IMG/VR virus record: IMGVR_UViG_3300004240_000026
Coordinates: 1-36,121 of that record
Length of the DNA stretch: 36,121 nucleotides
Origin: a virus
Lineage: Duplodnaviria > Caudoviricetes
Direction: 5' to 3' (one strand)
The notes under the pieces were generated by a model, which was not told where the DNA came from, did no database searches, and worked only from the letters and a program-made list of their open reading frames with translations. Below, in pieces: positions 24,309 to 34,060 of this stretch. The translations under genes were made by a program, and so were the position numbers. Numbering within the stretch: position 1 is the first letter of the stretch; every line of letters begins with the position of its first letter.

Positions 24309-27275
24309 TTAGTGAGCAGATAATACCGCACTTTCTTCAGTTTGCACAAGTGTTATTGCACCACCGGTATTTTCTACAGTCCCTTCCATGGCTGAGAAGT
24401 CAAAGGCAAAGCATGTGCAGCTACCAGTGGAATAGGCTGTACCCCTTCCCATATTAAACTTTTCCTGCCAAGGAATAATCCATCCGTTCTCGGTGGCATA
24501 CTTAATCATTTCCTTGGGCTCCATGCGGTTCTTGGAACACCAGTCACCAAAGTCCTTCTTGGCTAGGAACAGTTTACCGATGTACTTATCCTTGCCCTTG
24601 GTAGTCTGATTCCCAATGATACGTCGTCCGGCAGGTGTTCCCACAATCCTAGAAATTGAATCTTCGGGGCCACGGGAATCTGTACGCAGATCGCGGTATT
24701 CGGTTGTCACTATGATACGGTTGGATAAGTCGCGAATCATACGGTTTAGAGCATCAGCGGGTGAGGTCATATTGCCTGCCACAATCGCTTCGGTCAGGTC
24801 GCCCATCAGCATGGTCGTGAACTCAACAAGTTTGTCGTAGTCGAATGCAATAACCTTCAAGTCTAGCAAGATGCGAGCTGCAGACAGAGTTGCAGTAGCG
24901 TGACTTCGGAAGAACCTGTACTCACTCTGAGGCAGAATAACAGCCAACTTCGCTTCAGTCTCGGCCCACAGCTTAGCTACAGCGTCCTGATTTGTCACAA
25001 CATACTTGATAAACGCATCGCCTGCACAGCCCATGTTGTCCCGCATCTTGTCAATCGCATCGGATACTTCAATGGCGTTATCGAAGATGGGTACGTTGTA
25101 CTTGGAAAAGTTGATGGCAATCATACGCACCGCTTCTGCCTGAGTATTGGCATTGTGCGAGGCTAGTTTGGCGTGCATGTCCTCGTTGGCGGTAATGCCA
25201 ACAACAGATTTCCATGTGTGCTGTTCAGCAAATCCAACCTTGCCACCACTGGAAGTCAGTCGAGCTCGGTCAGTACCTTGGGAGACTGTATACGCAAAAC
25301 TACTTACTTCAGCCGCATCCATGTCGGTCATCTCGTCAAAGACAACAGGCATGTTTTGGTGTGCACCAACGATAGCCCAACGAGCATTGCGAGTCGCACC
25401 ATCCTTACCAGCGTAGATTAACTTATTGGCATCAGCTAGACCATACAGCGCAGCACGCCACACTGAGGTTTTACCTTTACCGGATGCGCCAGAGTTAACT
25501 GCAACTAACGCACCGTTGTAGCTGTCCTCACCAAATGGGGTTAGGATAGAACCATACACATTACAGAAGACATACTGGGCAGCTTCACTACTTTCACGGT
25601 TGTAAATAAAGTTAACGGCTTCAGCATACCCCTCAATCGTCCCGCGTGGTACAGGGTATGTATTCTTATATGTAGCGGCTGCTCCACCAACATAGACTCT
25701 ACGAATAGAACCATCAGTGTGGTACAAACGGTCACCAAGCAAAAAGCCATTCATGTTGTCGCGCCATCCAAATGAAGTCAATGTGTCAACTTCTCTTTGC
25801 TCAGTCATCAGCTTCGTAATGGAATCACGAATGTACGCAGTCAGGTGCATAGTTGCGTCCTTGTTATTAGAAGGCATTAATTCATATTTAGACATTGCTT
25901 TAAGTAGTTCAGACGATGCAGCAATAGCAGATGTATCAACCTCAAAATCTCTGATACGTTTATCCGGTAAGTGCATACGAATAGTGAACGCATATGTCCC
26001 ATCGGCCTTGCGAATACGTTGGATAGGATAGAACAGTTGATGACAAAATGTAAAGGGTTGGTTTACACCGTCCTTGTCTTTGATGAAACGAATCATCCGC
26101 TTGTTTTGGTGTTCATAGTTCTCAGGCAGTGCAGGCACAACAGTCTCAACAACTGCATCCTCGTCCACAACTTCAACTACTTGTTCAACAGATTCAGGAA
26201 TTATTCTGCCTAACACCATAGGCGTTTTAATTTTGCCCTTGTGGGGGCAACCTTCGCATCCGGCTGAATTACTTTTCTCAAAGAACGAACAAAGCGTTGG
26301 ACCGGAATCCCATGACTCATATCGTGTATCTACGTCTGTATTGGAATGTCCAGTGTCGGCACGGTTCTCACTCCACTCGTAGGCTAAATCAATATCTTCA
26401 GCACAATGTTTGATAAGACCAATCACACCACGCCATGTATCGTAGTCCACATCACCTTTGGTATCCCGCATGAACATTACTTGTTGGCAGTGGTCTGCCA
26501 TGATGCGTGCTGAAGACTCGTAAGTGGGCCCATCGTATGGCGTGATCAAATCATCATTTAAACCAGGCGCTGATGATTGTTTTGGTACGTGAGCTTGGAG
26601 AGCTTTTACTATGCGTGAGACTGCGGCTGCAAAATCTTGTGGCTCAACGAATGTGGGTTGAGTTTTGACCTTGACTTCACGGACTTCACGTCCGGCTTTG
26701 CGATTATGTGTACCTACGGGTCGTAGGATAGAAGACAAGTCAGCAGTTCGGGTTGGGTCAACCAGCAGTCCAGCGGCATTAAGCGCGGCTTTGAATTCAT
26801 TGGCAATCGCTCGCCAACTGTTAGGACCAATGGTTTTAGTCAAAGGCCAGTAGCAATGTAGTCCCCCGCCTGAATCAACAAGCATGGGTTTAGTGAGTTG
26901 GTATGTTTGGCAGAATCCAAGGATTGCTTTGGCTGCTTCTGTTTTATTCAGATAGCCCTTACCTTCAGCGGCTTTGTCTTCACCGCAGTCGATATCAATC
27001 CAAAAGGACTTAACCTTGTCCCAGTTCTGTGCGCCTCGGTATTTGGTTTTGGTTACACCATTGACCTCAGCCTCGTAGCTTGGTGCCTTATAGGAGCAGC
27101 ATGCATGGTAAACAATTAGGTTGTCTTGCGCATCATAAGATTCAATAGCTTGCGCCATGAGTTCGAGAGACTCATAGGCTTTGTGTGCAATGCCATCGCG
27201 TCCAATACGTCCCAACCCTACGAACTTAAACCCCTCTTCAGGAAGGATTGCCTGTAGGAATCCGAGCGTATTCAT
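24309..27275 (-). CDS. Primase-helicase fusion (AEP/RepB-like primase, PriCT-like, DUF927 helicase)
   Basis: WIDID, SGGGLH.YW and ILRPVGT.N primase motifs; Cys cluster C..F....C.GC.H; Walker A GASGKGKTS and Walker B VVFDE. Confidence 0.88.
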   Translation of the reverse strand: MNTLGFLQAILPEEGFKFVGLGRIGRDGIAHKAYESLELMAQAIESYDAQDNLIVYHACCSYKAPSYEAEVNGVTKTKYRGAQNWDKVKSFWIDIDCGEDKAAEGKGYLNKTEAAKAILGFCQTYQLTKPMLVDSGGGLHCYWPLTKTIGPNSWRAIANEFKAALNAAGLLVDPTRTADLSSILRPVGTHNRKAGREVREVKVKTQPTFVEPQDFAAAVSRIVKALQAHVPKQSSAPGLNDDLITPYDGPTYESSARIMADHCQQVMFMRDTKGDVDYDTWRGVIGLIKHCAEDIDLAYEWSENRADTGHSNTDVDTRYESWDSGPTLCSFFEKSNSAGCEGCPHKGKIKTPMVLGRIIPESVEQVVEVVDEDAVVETVVPALPENYEHQNKRMIRFIKDKDGVNQPFTFCHQLFYPIQRIRKADGTYAFTIRMHLPDKRIRDFEVDTSAIAASSELLKAMSKYELMPSNNKDATMHLTAYIRDSITKLMTEQREVDTLTSFGWRDNMNGFLLGDRLYHTDGSIRRVYVGGAAATYKNTYPVPRGTIEGYAEAVNFIYNRESSEAAQYVFCNVYGSILTPFGEDSYNGALVAVNSGASGKGKTSVWRAALYGLADANKLIYAGKDGATRNARWAIVGAHQNMPVVFDEMTDMDAAEVSSFAYTVSQGTDRARLTSSGGKVGFAEQHTWKSVVGITANEDMHAKLASHNANTQAEAVRMIAINFSKYNVPIFDNAIEVSDAIDKMRDNMGCAGDAFIKYVVTNQDAVAKLWAETEAKLAVILPQSEYRFFRSHATATLSAARILLDLKVIAFDYDKLVEFTTMLMGDLTEAIVAGNMTSPADALNRMIRDLSNRIIVTTEYRDLRTDSRGPEDSISRIVGTPAGRRIIGNQTTKGKDKYIGKLFLAKKDFGDWCSKNRMEPKEMIKYATENGWIIPWQEKFNMGRGTAYSTGSCTCFAFDFSAMEGTVENTGGAITLVQTEESAVLSAH

Positions 27276-27278
27276 AGA

Positions 27279-27530
27279 TTACACCCCTGTAATGATTCGC
27301 TTGTCCTGTGCCTCTGCTCCGATCTTGAGGGTCTTGCCGATATGGGCAACAGCCACGTTAAGAAGCTCGCTGGCCTGAATCTGAGTCTCAGCAGACTCAA
27401 CAATCACGCGTCCTATAAGTTCAGCAAGTCCTAAGATAACTTCACCATGATTGAATCCTTTGTCGTTTAGGGCACCGTTGGCCTCTAACACAACCCCGAC
27501 AACTTTACGTTGGTCTATTTCGTATGACAT
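27279..27530 (-). CDS. Hypothetical helical protein
   Basis: GGAG SD; clean ORF directly upstream of the primase. Confidence 0.7.
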   Translation of the reverse strand: MSYEIDQRKVVGVVLEANGALNDKGFNHGEVILGLAELIGRVIVESAETQIQASELLNVAVAHIGKTLKIGAEAQDKRIITGV

Positions 27531-27541
27531 ATATTCTCCAG

Positions 27542-27563
27542 AAACAAAAAGCCCCGTAGGGCT
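27542..27563 (-). terminator. Short intrinsic terminator after the SSB-like gene
   Basis: Minus strand AGCCC-TACG-GGGCT then TTTTGTTT; cUACGg UNCG tetraloop. Confidence 0.7.
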
Positions 27564-27570
27564 AAAGGGT

Positions 27571-27629
27571 GGGGGTACTAACCGCTCGTCTGCTAGCTTC
27601 CGAAAAAGTCTTTGCGCGGCTTTCCCCCC
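27571..27629 (-). ncRNA. Candidate structured RNA with a loop-E/sarcin-ricin-type internal loop
   Basis: GGGGG-GAA-AGCCGC...GCGGUU-AGUA-CCCCC enclosing an inner CUUU-UUCG-GAAG hairpin. Confidence 0.6.
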
Positions 27630-27636
27630 GATTCAA

Positions 27637-28521
27637 TTAGTCGTCGAAGTTGAGATCATCCAAATTCAAATCGACAGTTACTTCAGGCTCAACGGCTTTG
27701 GGCTCAACTTTTGGTTCAGCTTTAGGCTTTGGCTTGGCTTCAGCTTTTGGCTTCTCAACCACAGCAATAGGCTTGTCTAGTGCAACAAGGGTCTCCTCAA
27801 CTGCAACGACACCAGTACCTAGGATAGACCCAACAATCTCTGTATCCACTACTGCCTTAACTTCATTGTATGCATCTTCAGGCAAATAACCCATAGCCCT
27901 GAATGTCAGTTTGGGCGTAGCGGCCTCGGCTTCAAATGCTATCTTAGTCACCACTTGGGTGTAATGCAAGTTGCGTTTTTGCAACGCGGCAGCGTACTCA
28001 CTCAATGCCTTAATAGAAGCAGGCGGAACACGTAATAAGTATGGGTCGTTGATTAACCCTGCTGCTGCGATGGCTAAACGCTTAGAGTCTTGGCATGCCT
28101 TACCTTTACCGCCATTGTCGCCAATCTTGCTACCCCATTGATTATGGGCACAAGTAGAACACTGCTTGGACTGAGGGTTCTTAGAGTTGTCTTCGGGCTT
28201 AACGCCTTCGTTACTGTAGCAGTCAGGTTTCTGATCTTCGCTACCCTCTTGGTATCCCTTGGCGTAGTACACCTTAGATACACCCTTGTTACCTTTAAGC
28301 AAAATCACATCAATAGATGTTGCGGGACTGTCAGGGTCTTTGGGGTTCATCATGGTAGTGCGGTCGCCACCACGAACAATGGCAAAAATCTTGCCTTTGA
28401 TTGACACCACTGGGAAACCAGTGCTTACTGTTGATATCAGATCACCGTTTAAGTTCTCTATACTTTGGTTCTTTAAATACGCAGGCAGGTTGCCAGATTC
28501 AAATGGAATGATTTCGCTCAT
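27637..28521 (-). CDS. Putative single-stranded DNA-binding/recombination protein
   Basis: KPDCYS...C..C..NQWGS....GKGKAC...RLA pattern, Pro/Lys linker and acidic tail DLNLDDLNFDD; replication-module context. Confidence 0.65.
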   Translation of the reverse strand: MSEIIPFESGNLPAYLKNQSIENLNGDLISTVSTGFPVVSIKGKIFAIVRGGDRTTMMNPKDPDSPATSIDVILLKGNKGVSKVYYAKGYQEGSEDQKPDCYSNEGVKPEDNSKNPQSKQCSTCAHNQWGSKIGDNGGKGKACQDSKRLAIAAAGLINDPYLLRVPPASIKALSEYAAALQKRNLHYTQVVTKIAFEAEAATPKLTFRAMGYLPEDAYNEVKAVVDTEIVGSILGTGVVAVEETLVALDKPIAVVEKPKAEAKPKPKAEPKVEPKAVEPEVTVDLNLDDLNFDD

Positions 28522-28541
28522 GTGTTTACTCCGGTTAAAAA

Positions 28542-28922
28542 TTATGATCTACGAACGTTAACTGTTCGCTCTACACGCCAGTCAATGCCTGGGGGCAATG
28601 TGTCGTGTTCGTCTTTATATTGCTCAACTGCGGCCTGAGCCACACGCTTTTGCAACATATGCCATGCGTTGTTCTCTTTACAAAATGTAATGAACGCATC
28701 AGGGTCTGCAATAGATGCAGTAGTTCGTGCGGAGGAATATGCGGTACCAAATTCTGTGCGTACAGAATCCATACCTGCTGCATCAAATGTCTTGAGCAGG
28801 GCTGCCTCAATCTTGTCTAATACCTCATCGACCTTGGCTATCTTGCCATCGTACTCAGCTTTCATCTGAGCTTTTTTGTCGCGCACCTCAATGTATTTTG
28901 CTACTAACTCGGATATTTTCAT
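28542..28922 (-). CDS. Coiled-coil phage protein (Gam/Gp157-like architecture)
   Basis: N-terminal coiled coil, then SVRT.FGT...D...F..F....LPPGI; GAGG SD. Confidence 0.55.
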   Translation of the reverse strand: MKISELVAKYIEVRDKKAQMKAEYDGKIAKVDEVLDKIEAALLKTFDAAGMDSVRTEFGTAYSSARTTASIADPDAFITFCKENNAWHMLQKRVAQAAVEQYKDEHDTLPPGIDWRVERTVNVRRS

Positions 28923-28978
28923 ATTTTTCCTCGGGGGTGTTACTTTACTACCGTTTTACGGTTTTGTACTAGGTGTTT

Positions 28979-30544
28979 CTACTCATCTGTGTCGATTCCT
29001 TTCATTATTTCAAGTAGTGCACCTTGCAGTTTTTGCTTGGTGCGTAGGCGGGTGTAAATGCGTCTTTCAATGTCAGATGCAGCAATGTGAGCAATCACTG
29101 TCGTTCTAGTCTGCCCTGGCCGTCGCACTCGTGCGCAAGCCTGTTCGTAAACATCGTTGCTGTGGATAGGAGCGAACCAAATGATGTTGGTTGCCGCTGT
29201 TAATGTGAGTCCATGGGACATGGTCGCAGGGTTTGCCACCAGTACCCGAAGTTCTGCACCGCTTTGGAATTCGTGGAATATTTTGTCTCGTTCGGCTTTG
29301 CTTGTACCACCATGGACTGCCGCCACTGACCATTCACTTGACAGCTCTTGCATCAGGTGTTCTAGAACTCCAGTCAGCGGAACGAACACAATGACCTTAC
29401 CTTCAGAACCTTCGATCAACTCTTTAAGCACATCGATGCGAGGCTTGTTGGGTATGTATATGTTCTCGTGGTCTTTACCATAAGCAACTCCGCAAGCAAT
29501 CTGTACAAGCTTGTTGGCTTTAACTGCTTCGTTGACGGCAAGGACCTCACCACCTTCGTATTCAGTAATCAGTTTTTCAAGCATGCCTTTGTATGCCGCT
29601 TTCTGCTCATCAGTCATCTCAACATCACGGTTGATAAACGTCTGCTCGGGCAAGTCAATACAATCATCCAATGCAAAGCGCACAGCAGGCTGCATCACTT
29701 TACGGACTGTCTCAATTGCATCGTGTCGTGGTACCCATTTAAACTGTGTGATCTGCTTCATGACTGAGTCGCGGAACTGACCAAAGTACTTGGGTACATC
29801 GGGGTTGGTTGGACATACAATTCGGCATTGCGCCCATGCATCTGTAGGTTCGTGTGGTGTGGGTGCACCAGTCAAAGCCCATATACGCCTGTGCGTTTGC
29901 TTGTTGCATATCTTATTTAGTATCTTCCACCGCTCTGTACTGGCGTTTCGAAACATCGCAATCTCATCAACAATAATTAAATTAATGTCGGGTCTCTCGG
30001 CTAACTCATCTTGAATCGTTCTAATGCCATCGGAATTGATGATGTAGATATCAGAGGGTTGAGCCAACAGTTTCTTGCGTCTTTCTCGTGAGCCGTACAC
30101 AACAGTGGCGTCTAAGTGGGGAAACGTTTTAAATATTTCGTCTGCCCAAGTGCGCTCCATCGTGGAGAGTGGACAAATAACCAATGCTTTGTTGACCAGT
30201 TTACAGTCACGCATGTAGTCATACGCCCATAGCGATGTAACAGTTTTACCCAAGCCCATGCTGTTCAAACAGAACGCACGTTCATTCATAGTTAAAAAGT
30301 TAGCAGTCTCGATCTGTGCTTCAAAAGGTTTGAAACGACCCGGCCACTTGTAATAGTAAGCCATTGGGTCAGGCGGATTAAAGCCTAAGTTTCGCAGTAC
30401 CTTAACTTCATCAGGTCTGTGTGGGACAGCCACTAATGTCTGCCCTTTGTGCGTTACCAACTTAGCTGTTGGTATCGGTATTGTTACTCTCGTTGGATGT
30501 TTTAATTTGAGGACTAACGCCCTCTTATCTTGTCTGACTAGCAT
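28979..30544 (-). CDS. SNF2-family helicase/translocase
   Basis: MGLGKT, IIVDEIA, ALTGAP, SHGLTLTAA and QA.ARVRRPGQ motifs. Confidence 0.92.
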   Translation of the reverse strand: MLVRQDKRALVLKLKHPTRVTIPIPTAKLVTHKGQTLVAVPHRPDEVKVLRNLGFNPPDPMAYYYKWPGRFKPFEAQIETANFLTMNERAFCLNSMGLGKTVTSLWAYDYMRDCKLVNKALVICPLSTMERTWADEIFKTFPHLDATVVYGSRERRKKLLAQPSDIYIINSDGIRTIQDELAERPDINLIIVDEIAMFRNASTERWKILNKICNKQTHRRIWALTGAPTPHEPTDAWAQCRIVCPTNPDVPKYFGQFRDSVMKQITQFKWVPRHDAIETVRKVMQPAVRFALDDCIDLPEQTFINRDVEMTDEQKAAYKGMLEKLITEYEGGEVLAVNEAVKANKLVQIACGVAYGKDHENIYIPNKPRIDVLKELIEGSEGKVIVFVPLTGVLEHLMQELSSEWSVAAVHGGTSKAERDKIFHEFQSGAELRVLVANPATMSHGLTLTAATNIIWFAPIHSNDVYEQACARVRRPGQTRTTVIAHIAASDIERRIYTRLRTKQKLQGALLEIMKGIDTDE

Positions 30545-30808
30545 TTATTTCCCATATGCGCTTCCGTTACTTCCTCTCCAGCCACGGTTCTTTTCTTTAT
30601 CAACCACACGCAAGTTTGACTTGTCGTTTGTGCCTTTGCCATCAAGCATCTTCTTGTGGTCAACATCTTTACCATCGCCCTTTTTTACCTTGCCATCACG
30701 TGCCATTTCAGCACGTGCTTTGTTGCGCATCTCGCGTTTATCTACTTGCTCAGGGCGTGCGTTGTACGCCTTGTCGTAAGCCGCTTTAGTTGGTCCGCCT
30801 TTGTTCAT
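30545..30808 (-). CDS. Small HNH-family protein
   Basis: GDGKDVDH......G.N..SNLRV.....NR. Confidence 0.8.
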   Translation of the reverse strand: MNKGGPTKAAYDKAYNARPEQVDKREMRNKARAEMARDGKVKKGDGKDVDHKKMLDGKGTNDKSNLRVVDKEKNRGWRGSNGSAYGK

Positions 30809-31091
30809 CTTTCACCTCCAAAAAATCAATCAATTGTTGAACATCATCAACTACGATAGACCATCCACCGTGTTCAAAGATAGCTTCTAATGTACGATCT
30901 TGGTTTGCAGTTGTACATCCTCGTTTACCCGGGGCCTTGGTCTCTACACCAATAAACTGACCACGATCACAGCAGATAAAGTCAGGGATGCCAACAACAC
31001 CCATACCGTTTTGCATAGGCATGAAGAACCAAATGTTGCGCTTCTTCAGTTCTTTCTTAACTGCGTCTTTGACTTTACCTTCAGGGGTCAT
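30786..31091 (-). CDS. VRR-NUC domain nuclease (putative junction resolvase)
   Basis: TPEGKVK...GIPD.......F.G.ETK......T..Q......I...GG. Confidence 0.88.
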   Translation of the reverse strand: MTPEGKVKDAVKKELKKRNIWFFMPMQNGMGVVGIPDFICCDRGQFIGVETKAPGKRGCTTANQDRTLEAIFEHGGWSIVVDDVQQLIDFLEVKDEQRRTN

Positions 31092-31741
31092 CGTTTATCC
31101 TTGTAGAACTCACACGTTTTAACTGGACACCATCCCTTACATAACCCCGAGGGTCGTGCAGGCCAAGCGTCACGCTCGTAAGCCGATTCCAACTTACGCA
31201 CCTTCGGAATGAATGTCTGCCAAATCATCGGTACTTGGTCACGCGTAAACGTTTCCTTGTCGATTTTCTTGTCACGCATCCACACGAATCCGGTCACCAC
31301 TGTATTAACCTGTGGGTATATAGCAAAGGTATATCCCGCATACAGCATTAGTTGATGGGTCAGCTTTCGCTTACCTGTTTTGTAATCTAAGTTAACAGCC
31401 TTGTCACCGTTGACAATGAGCAAGTCAGCAATACCTCGAGTCCAAGCATTACTCCATGGGGCGGGTTGGAAGTTTGAGTCCAACGCCATTTCCGCCTCGC
31501 AGAACTTTTCACCCGCCATGTTCGCAATCTTTGTTGCAAAGCCTTCCCACTGGGTCATACCCTCTGGTAAAACCGTACCATCTTTGATACGATACTCCAT
31601 AGCTTCATGCACCCGCCCACCCCATAACGTGGCTTCCGTGGGAGGCTCTACTATGTCTCGTTTAACACGCACATGGTAAAACTGCCTAGGGCAGGTTTCG
31701 AACTTCTCAAGCTGACTGTATGTCCAAGCAGGTATTGTCAT
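31088..31741 (-). CDS. Cas4/RecB-like PD-(D/E)XK exonuclease
   Basis: W.YS.L..FETCP, G..VH, RGIADLL, DYKTGK, QL.LYA and C-terminal C.GWC....C (four Cys, possible Fe-S). Confidence 0.88.
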   Translation of the reverse strand: MTIPAWTYSQLEKFETCPRQFYHVRVKRDIVEPPTEATLWGGRVHEAMEYRIKDGTVLPEGMTQWEGFATKIANMAGEKFCEAEMALDSNFQPAPWSNAWTRGIADLLIVNGDKAVNLDYKTGKRKLTHQLMLYAGYTFAIYPQVNTVVTGFVWMRDKKIDKETFTRDQVPMIWQTFIPKVRKLESAYERDAWPARPSGLCKGWCPVKTCEFYKDKR

Positions 31742-31784
31742 AGGTGTTCCGCCCGAGGGGTAAAAACCTCAGGTGATGGTGTGT

Positions 31785-31812
31785 ATGTTAGGGCATCCAT
31801 GGCGTATGTCAA
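31785..31812 (-). promoter_or_regulatory. Putative sigma-70 promoter (TTGACA-16-TAACAT) for the exonuclease-SSB block
   Basis: Consensus -35 directly after the polymerase stop; 16-bp spacer. Confidence 0.6.
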
Positions 31813-31818
31813 GAGCTT

Positions 31819-33669
31819 TTATTTGGCATCTGCATAATTATTTCCAATGTCTCCTTCACACGACACTGGCAAGTTGGAACACCACTTCGGAGGCACAGAC
31901 ATGGTCTCAGTCATGAACTCTAATGCCCAGCTGCTGGCGCTTTTAGGTACGACACAAACTACCTCATCGTGTACAGTTAACGCAACCTTGTACCGACAGT
32001 CAGCCAGTGGGTTATCGTTCTTACGCATCTCCATGTCGATCTTCGCCATTTGATCGAACACAACTATACGGGCCAGTGCTTGAACTACGTTCTCAACTAC
32101 CTTACCACCGTATATCTTAACTGGACCGTAGCGACCCTTGTACTCGTAGCCATCACCGTTCTTGCATAGTTCAGGGTAACGAATCATTGTGCCGTTAGGT
32201 AAGTGAATGCCATCAGGTGTACAGCGTAGTTCGATGCCAATACCGAACGTGGTCTCATAGCCCTGTGCCATTTTGTCCAATGCTTTCTGAGCACCTTTCC
32301 ATAACTCGGCAATCATGGCGTACTTAGTGCGGTATGTAGTTACAGTCTGCTTGGCTTCACCCGCATCCATCTCAACAGAGATACCGCCTTGACCAATCTT
32401 TAAAGTACCTTGGAACTTATCAGGTCCCATGCCGTAGCCTAGGCCCAAGATGCAAGTCTTACCAACAAACCGTTCAACCTTGTCTGCTTTGGTAACAGGC
32501 TTGCCGTACACGATGGATGCAAACTTAGAATAGATATCCACGCTATTGCGAAAGTCAACAAGCAAGTCTTCTTGTCCAGCCAGCCAAGCAACAACTCGAG
32601 CTTCAATCTGTGCAGAGTCAACTGCGACAAGTACATGGTTGTCAGGTACTTTGATTGACCTACGTAGCGCCCCGCCCCTTGGTAAGTTTTGCAAGTTCAT
32701 CTTGTCACCACCACTGGCACGACCAGTATGTGCGCCCCAGTAATTTAAAAGGATTGGTAACGCACCACGCTCAGAGATACCCAAGAACGATTCAGTTCTC
32801 GTTTCTTCCAGTGTGGATTTGATACCAAGCCTTGCCGCAACTACAGCTTGTACTGCAACGTTGGGGTGCTCGAGTAACGCTTTGAACTCGTAGTCCGTTT
32901 TGCTAAACGCATACGCTTCTTTATTAGTGCGTAGGCTAATTTTCACAGGGGGCTCAACGCCTAGCTTCTTCAGCACCTCAGCAAACTGCGGGTTAGACAT
33001 GAGTGCGTCTCGACCAATAGACAAGTCAATACGCTCCATCAACTTGGCTTTCTTGTCTTGCACAGTGTTTAGGTGCGCAATTAAGACATCTCTGTCTAGC
33101 TTAAGTACTGGGTCAGTGAACATGCGGATCATCAAATCCTGAATGTAAAGTTCCTTGGGAGGGTTGTCTTTCTTCAGAATATGGAACAGAGTCCAAGTAA
33201 GTTCTACGTCGTTGTTGCAGTAGTCACCGTACTTGTCAAGGTCCCCAGGGGTAAAATCACTTCGCTTTTTACCAAGCGCATTCACTACCTCAGTACCTTT
33301 GTGCCCATCGGTAAACTTCTCAGCCAGTGCTTTGAGTGAACCACCGACAGTCAAGCCCGTGATAGGTCGTGACATTGATAACGTGTCTAAGTAATACTTT
33401 GGGATGATGCCAAACCGCCAAGCAAGGATAGCTCCATCGAACGCCATGTTATGACAGATCAAGTAACTGTTTGGTATGTCCAGTTCCTCAAGTGCCATAG
33501 CAATCTCACCATTGGAACCAGTCACCCACTTGGCAGGCTCGTCACCCACTTTGTATGAGAAGCCAATGACTTCAAAACGCGGGTCCCGTATGTATGCCTC
33601 GGTCGTCATCTTGGACAGACTAAACTCTTTTGAGTAATAAGTCTCGAAGTCCAGAGTGATGTATTTCAT
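31819..33669 (-). CDS. polA: Family A DNA polymerase with 3'-5' exonuclease domain
   Basis: Exo I DFET, HN.AFD; motif A DSAQIEAR; motif B RFVGKTCILGLGYG; motif C VHDE. Confidence 0.95.
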   Translation of the reverse strand: MKYITLDFETYYSKEFSLSKMTTEAYIRDPRFEVIGFSYKVGDEPAKWVTGSNGEIAMALEELDIPNSYLICHNMAFDGAILAWRFGIIPKYYLDTLSMSRPITGLTVGGSLKALAEKFTDGHKGTEVVNALGKKRSDFTPGDLDKYGDYCNNDVELTWTLFHILKKDNPPKELYIQDLMIRMFTDPVLKLDRDVLIAHLNTVQDKKAKLMERIDLSIGRDALMSNPQFAEVLKKLGVEPPVKISLRTNKEAYAFSKTDYEFKALLEHPNVAVQAVVAARLGIKSTLEETRTESFLGISERGALPILLNYWGAHTGRASGGDKMNLQNLPRGGALRRSIKVPDNHVLVAVDSAQIEARVVAWLAGQEDLLVDFRNSVDIYSKFASIVYGKPVTKADKVERFVGKTCILGLGYGMGPDKFQGTLKIGQGGISVEMDAGEAKQTVTTYRTKYAMIAELWKGAQKALDKMAQGYETTFGIGIELRCTPDGIHLPNGTMIRYPELCKNGDGYEYKGRYGPVKIYGGKVVENVVQALARIVVFDQMAKIDMEMRKNDNPLADCRYKVALTVHDEVVCVVPKSASSWALEFMTETMSVPPKWCSNLPVSCEGDIGNNYADAK

Positions 33670-33884
33670 TGTATGTGTACCTCAGATTGAGTCTCTACCC
33701 ACACACGTGCTCCACACGATAATGGTTTATTAACTGAATACACGATCTTGCTAGGACCATCTATAGTTACAGTATGTGCGTATGTATTACCCTTGTAGGT
33801 TTTCACAGTTAACACTGGGTCGTTTGTGCCATGCTTTGCATTAGCTCTTACTACGTGTTGATTAACGTGAATAATTGTTTTCAT
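33666..33884 (-). CDS. Conserved-looking phage hypothetical protein (72 aa)
   Basis: MKTIIHVNQH.....K.....P..TVK....N.Y...V.I.GPS..VY....L.CGARVW.ET; ATGA overlaps at both ends. Confidence 0.75.
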   Translation of the reverse strand: MKTIIHVNQHVVRANAKHGTNDPVLTVKTYKGNTYAHTVTIDGPSKIVYSVNKPLSCGARVWVETQSEVHIQ

Positions 33885-34060
33885 TTTAAATTTCTCACTG
33901 TTACGCGCTTTGTCCAACAGTACGCACAGTGCCATTTGGTTGGGCTCATGTGTATCCCGCCTTCGGGCGGTTTGATCTGTTCGCACTTGTTGCAAAGCCT
34001 AAGTTGGTGAATGGGTTGTTTGCTACCCACATCAATCTTCTTCAATACAAATCCGCTCAC
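33881..34060 (-). CDS. Small zinc-finger protein (59 aa)
   Basis: AAGGAG SD before GTG at 34060; CNKC...CAYC. Confidence 0.7.
   Translation of the reverse strand: MSGFVLKKIDVGSKQPIHQLRLCNKCEQIKPPEGGIHMSPTKWHCAYCWTKRVTVRNLK

Noticed and set aside
31088-31741. Cas4-like nuclease as a sign of a CRISPR system
   Set aside because: No repeat-spacer array or other cas genes seen; stand-alone Cas4-like exonucleases are routine in phage replication modules.
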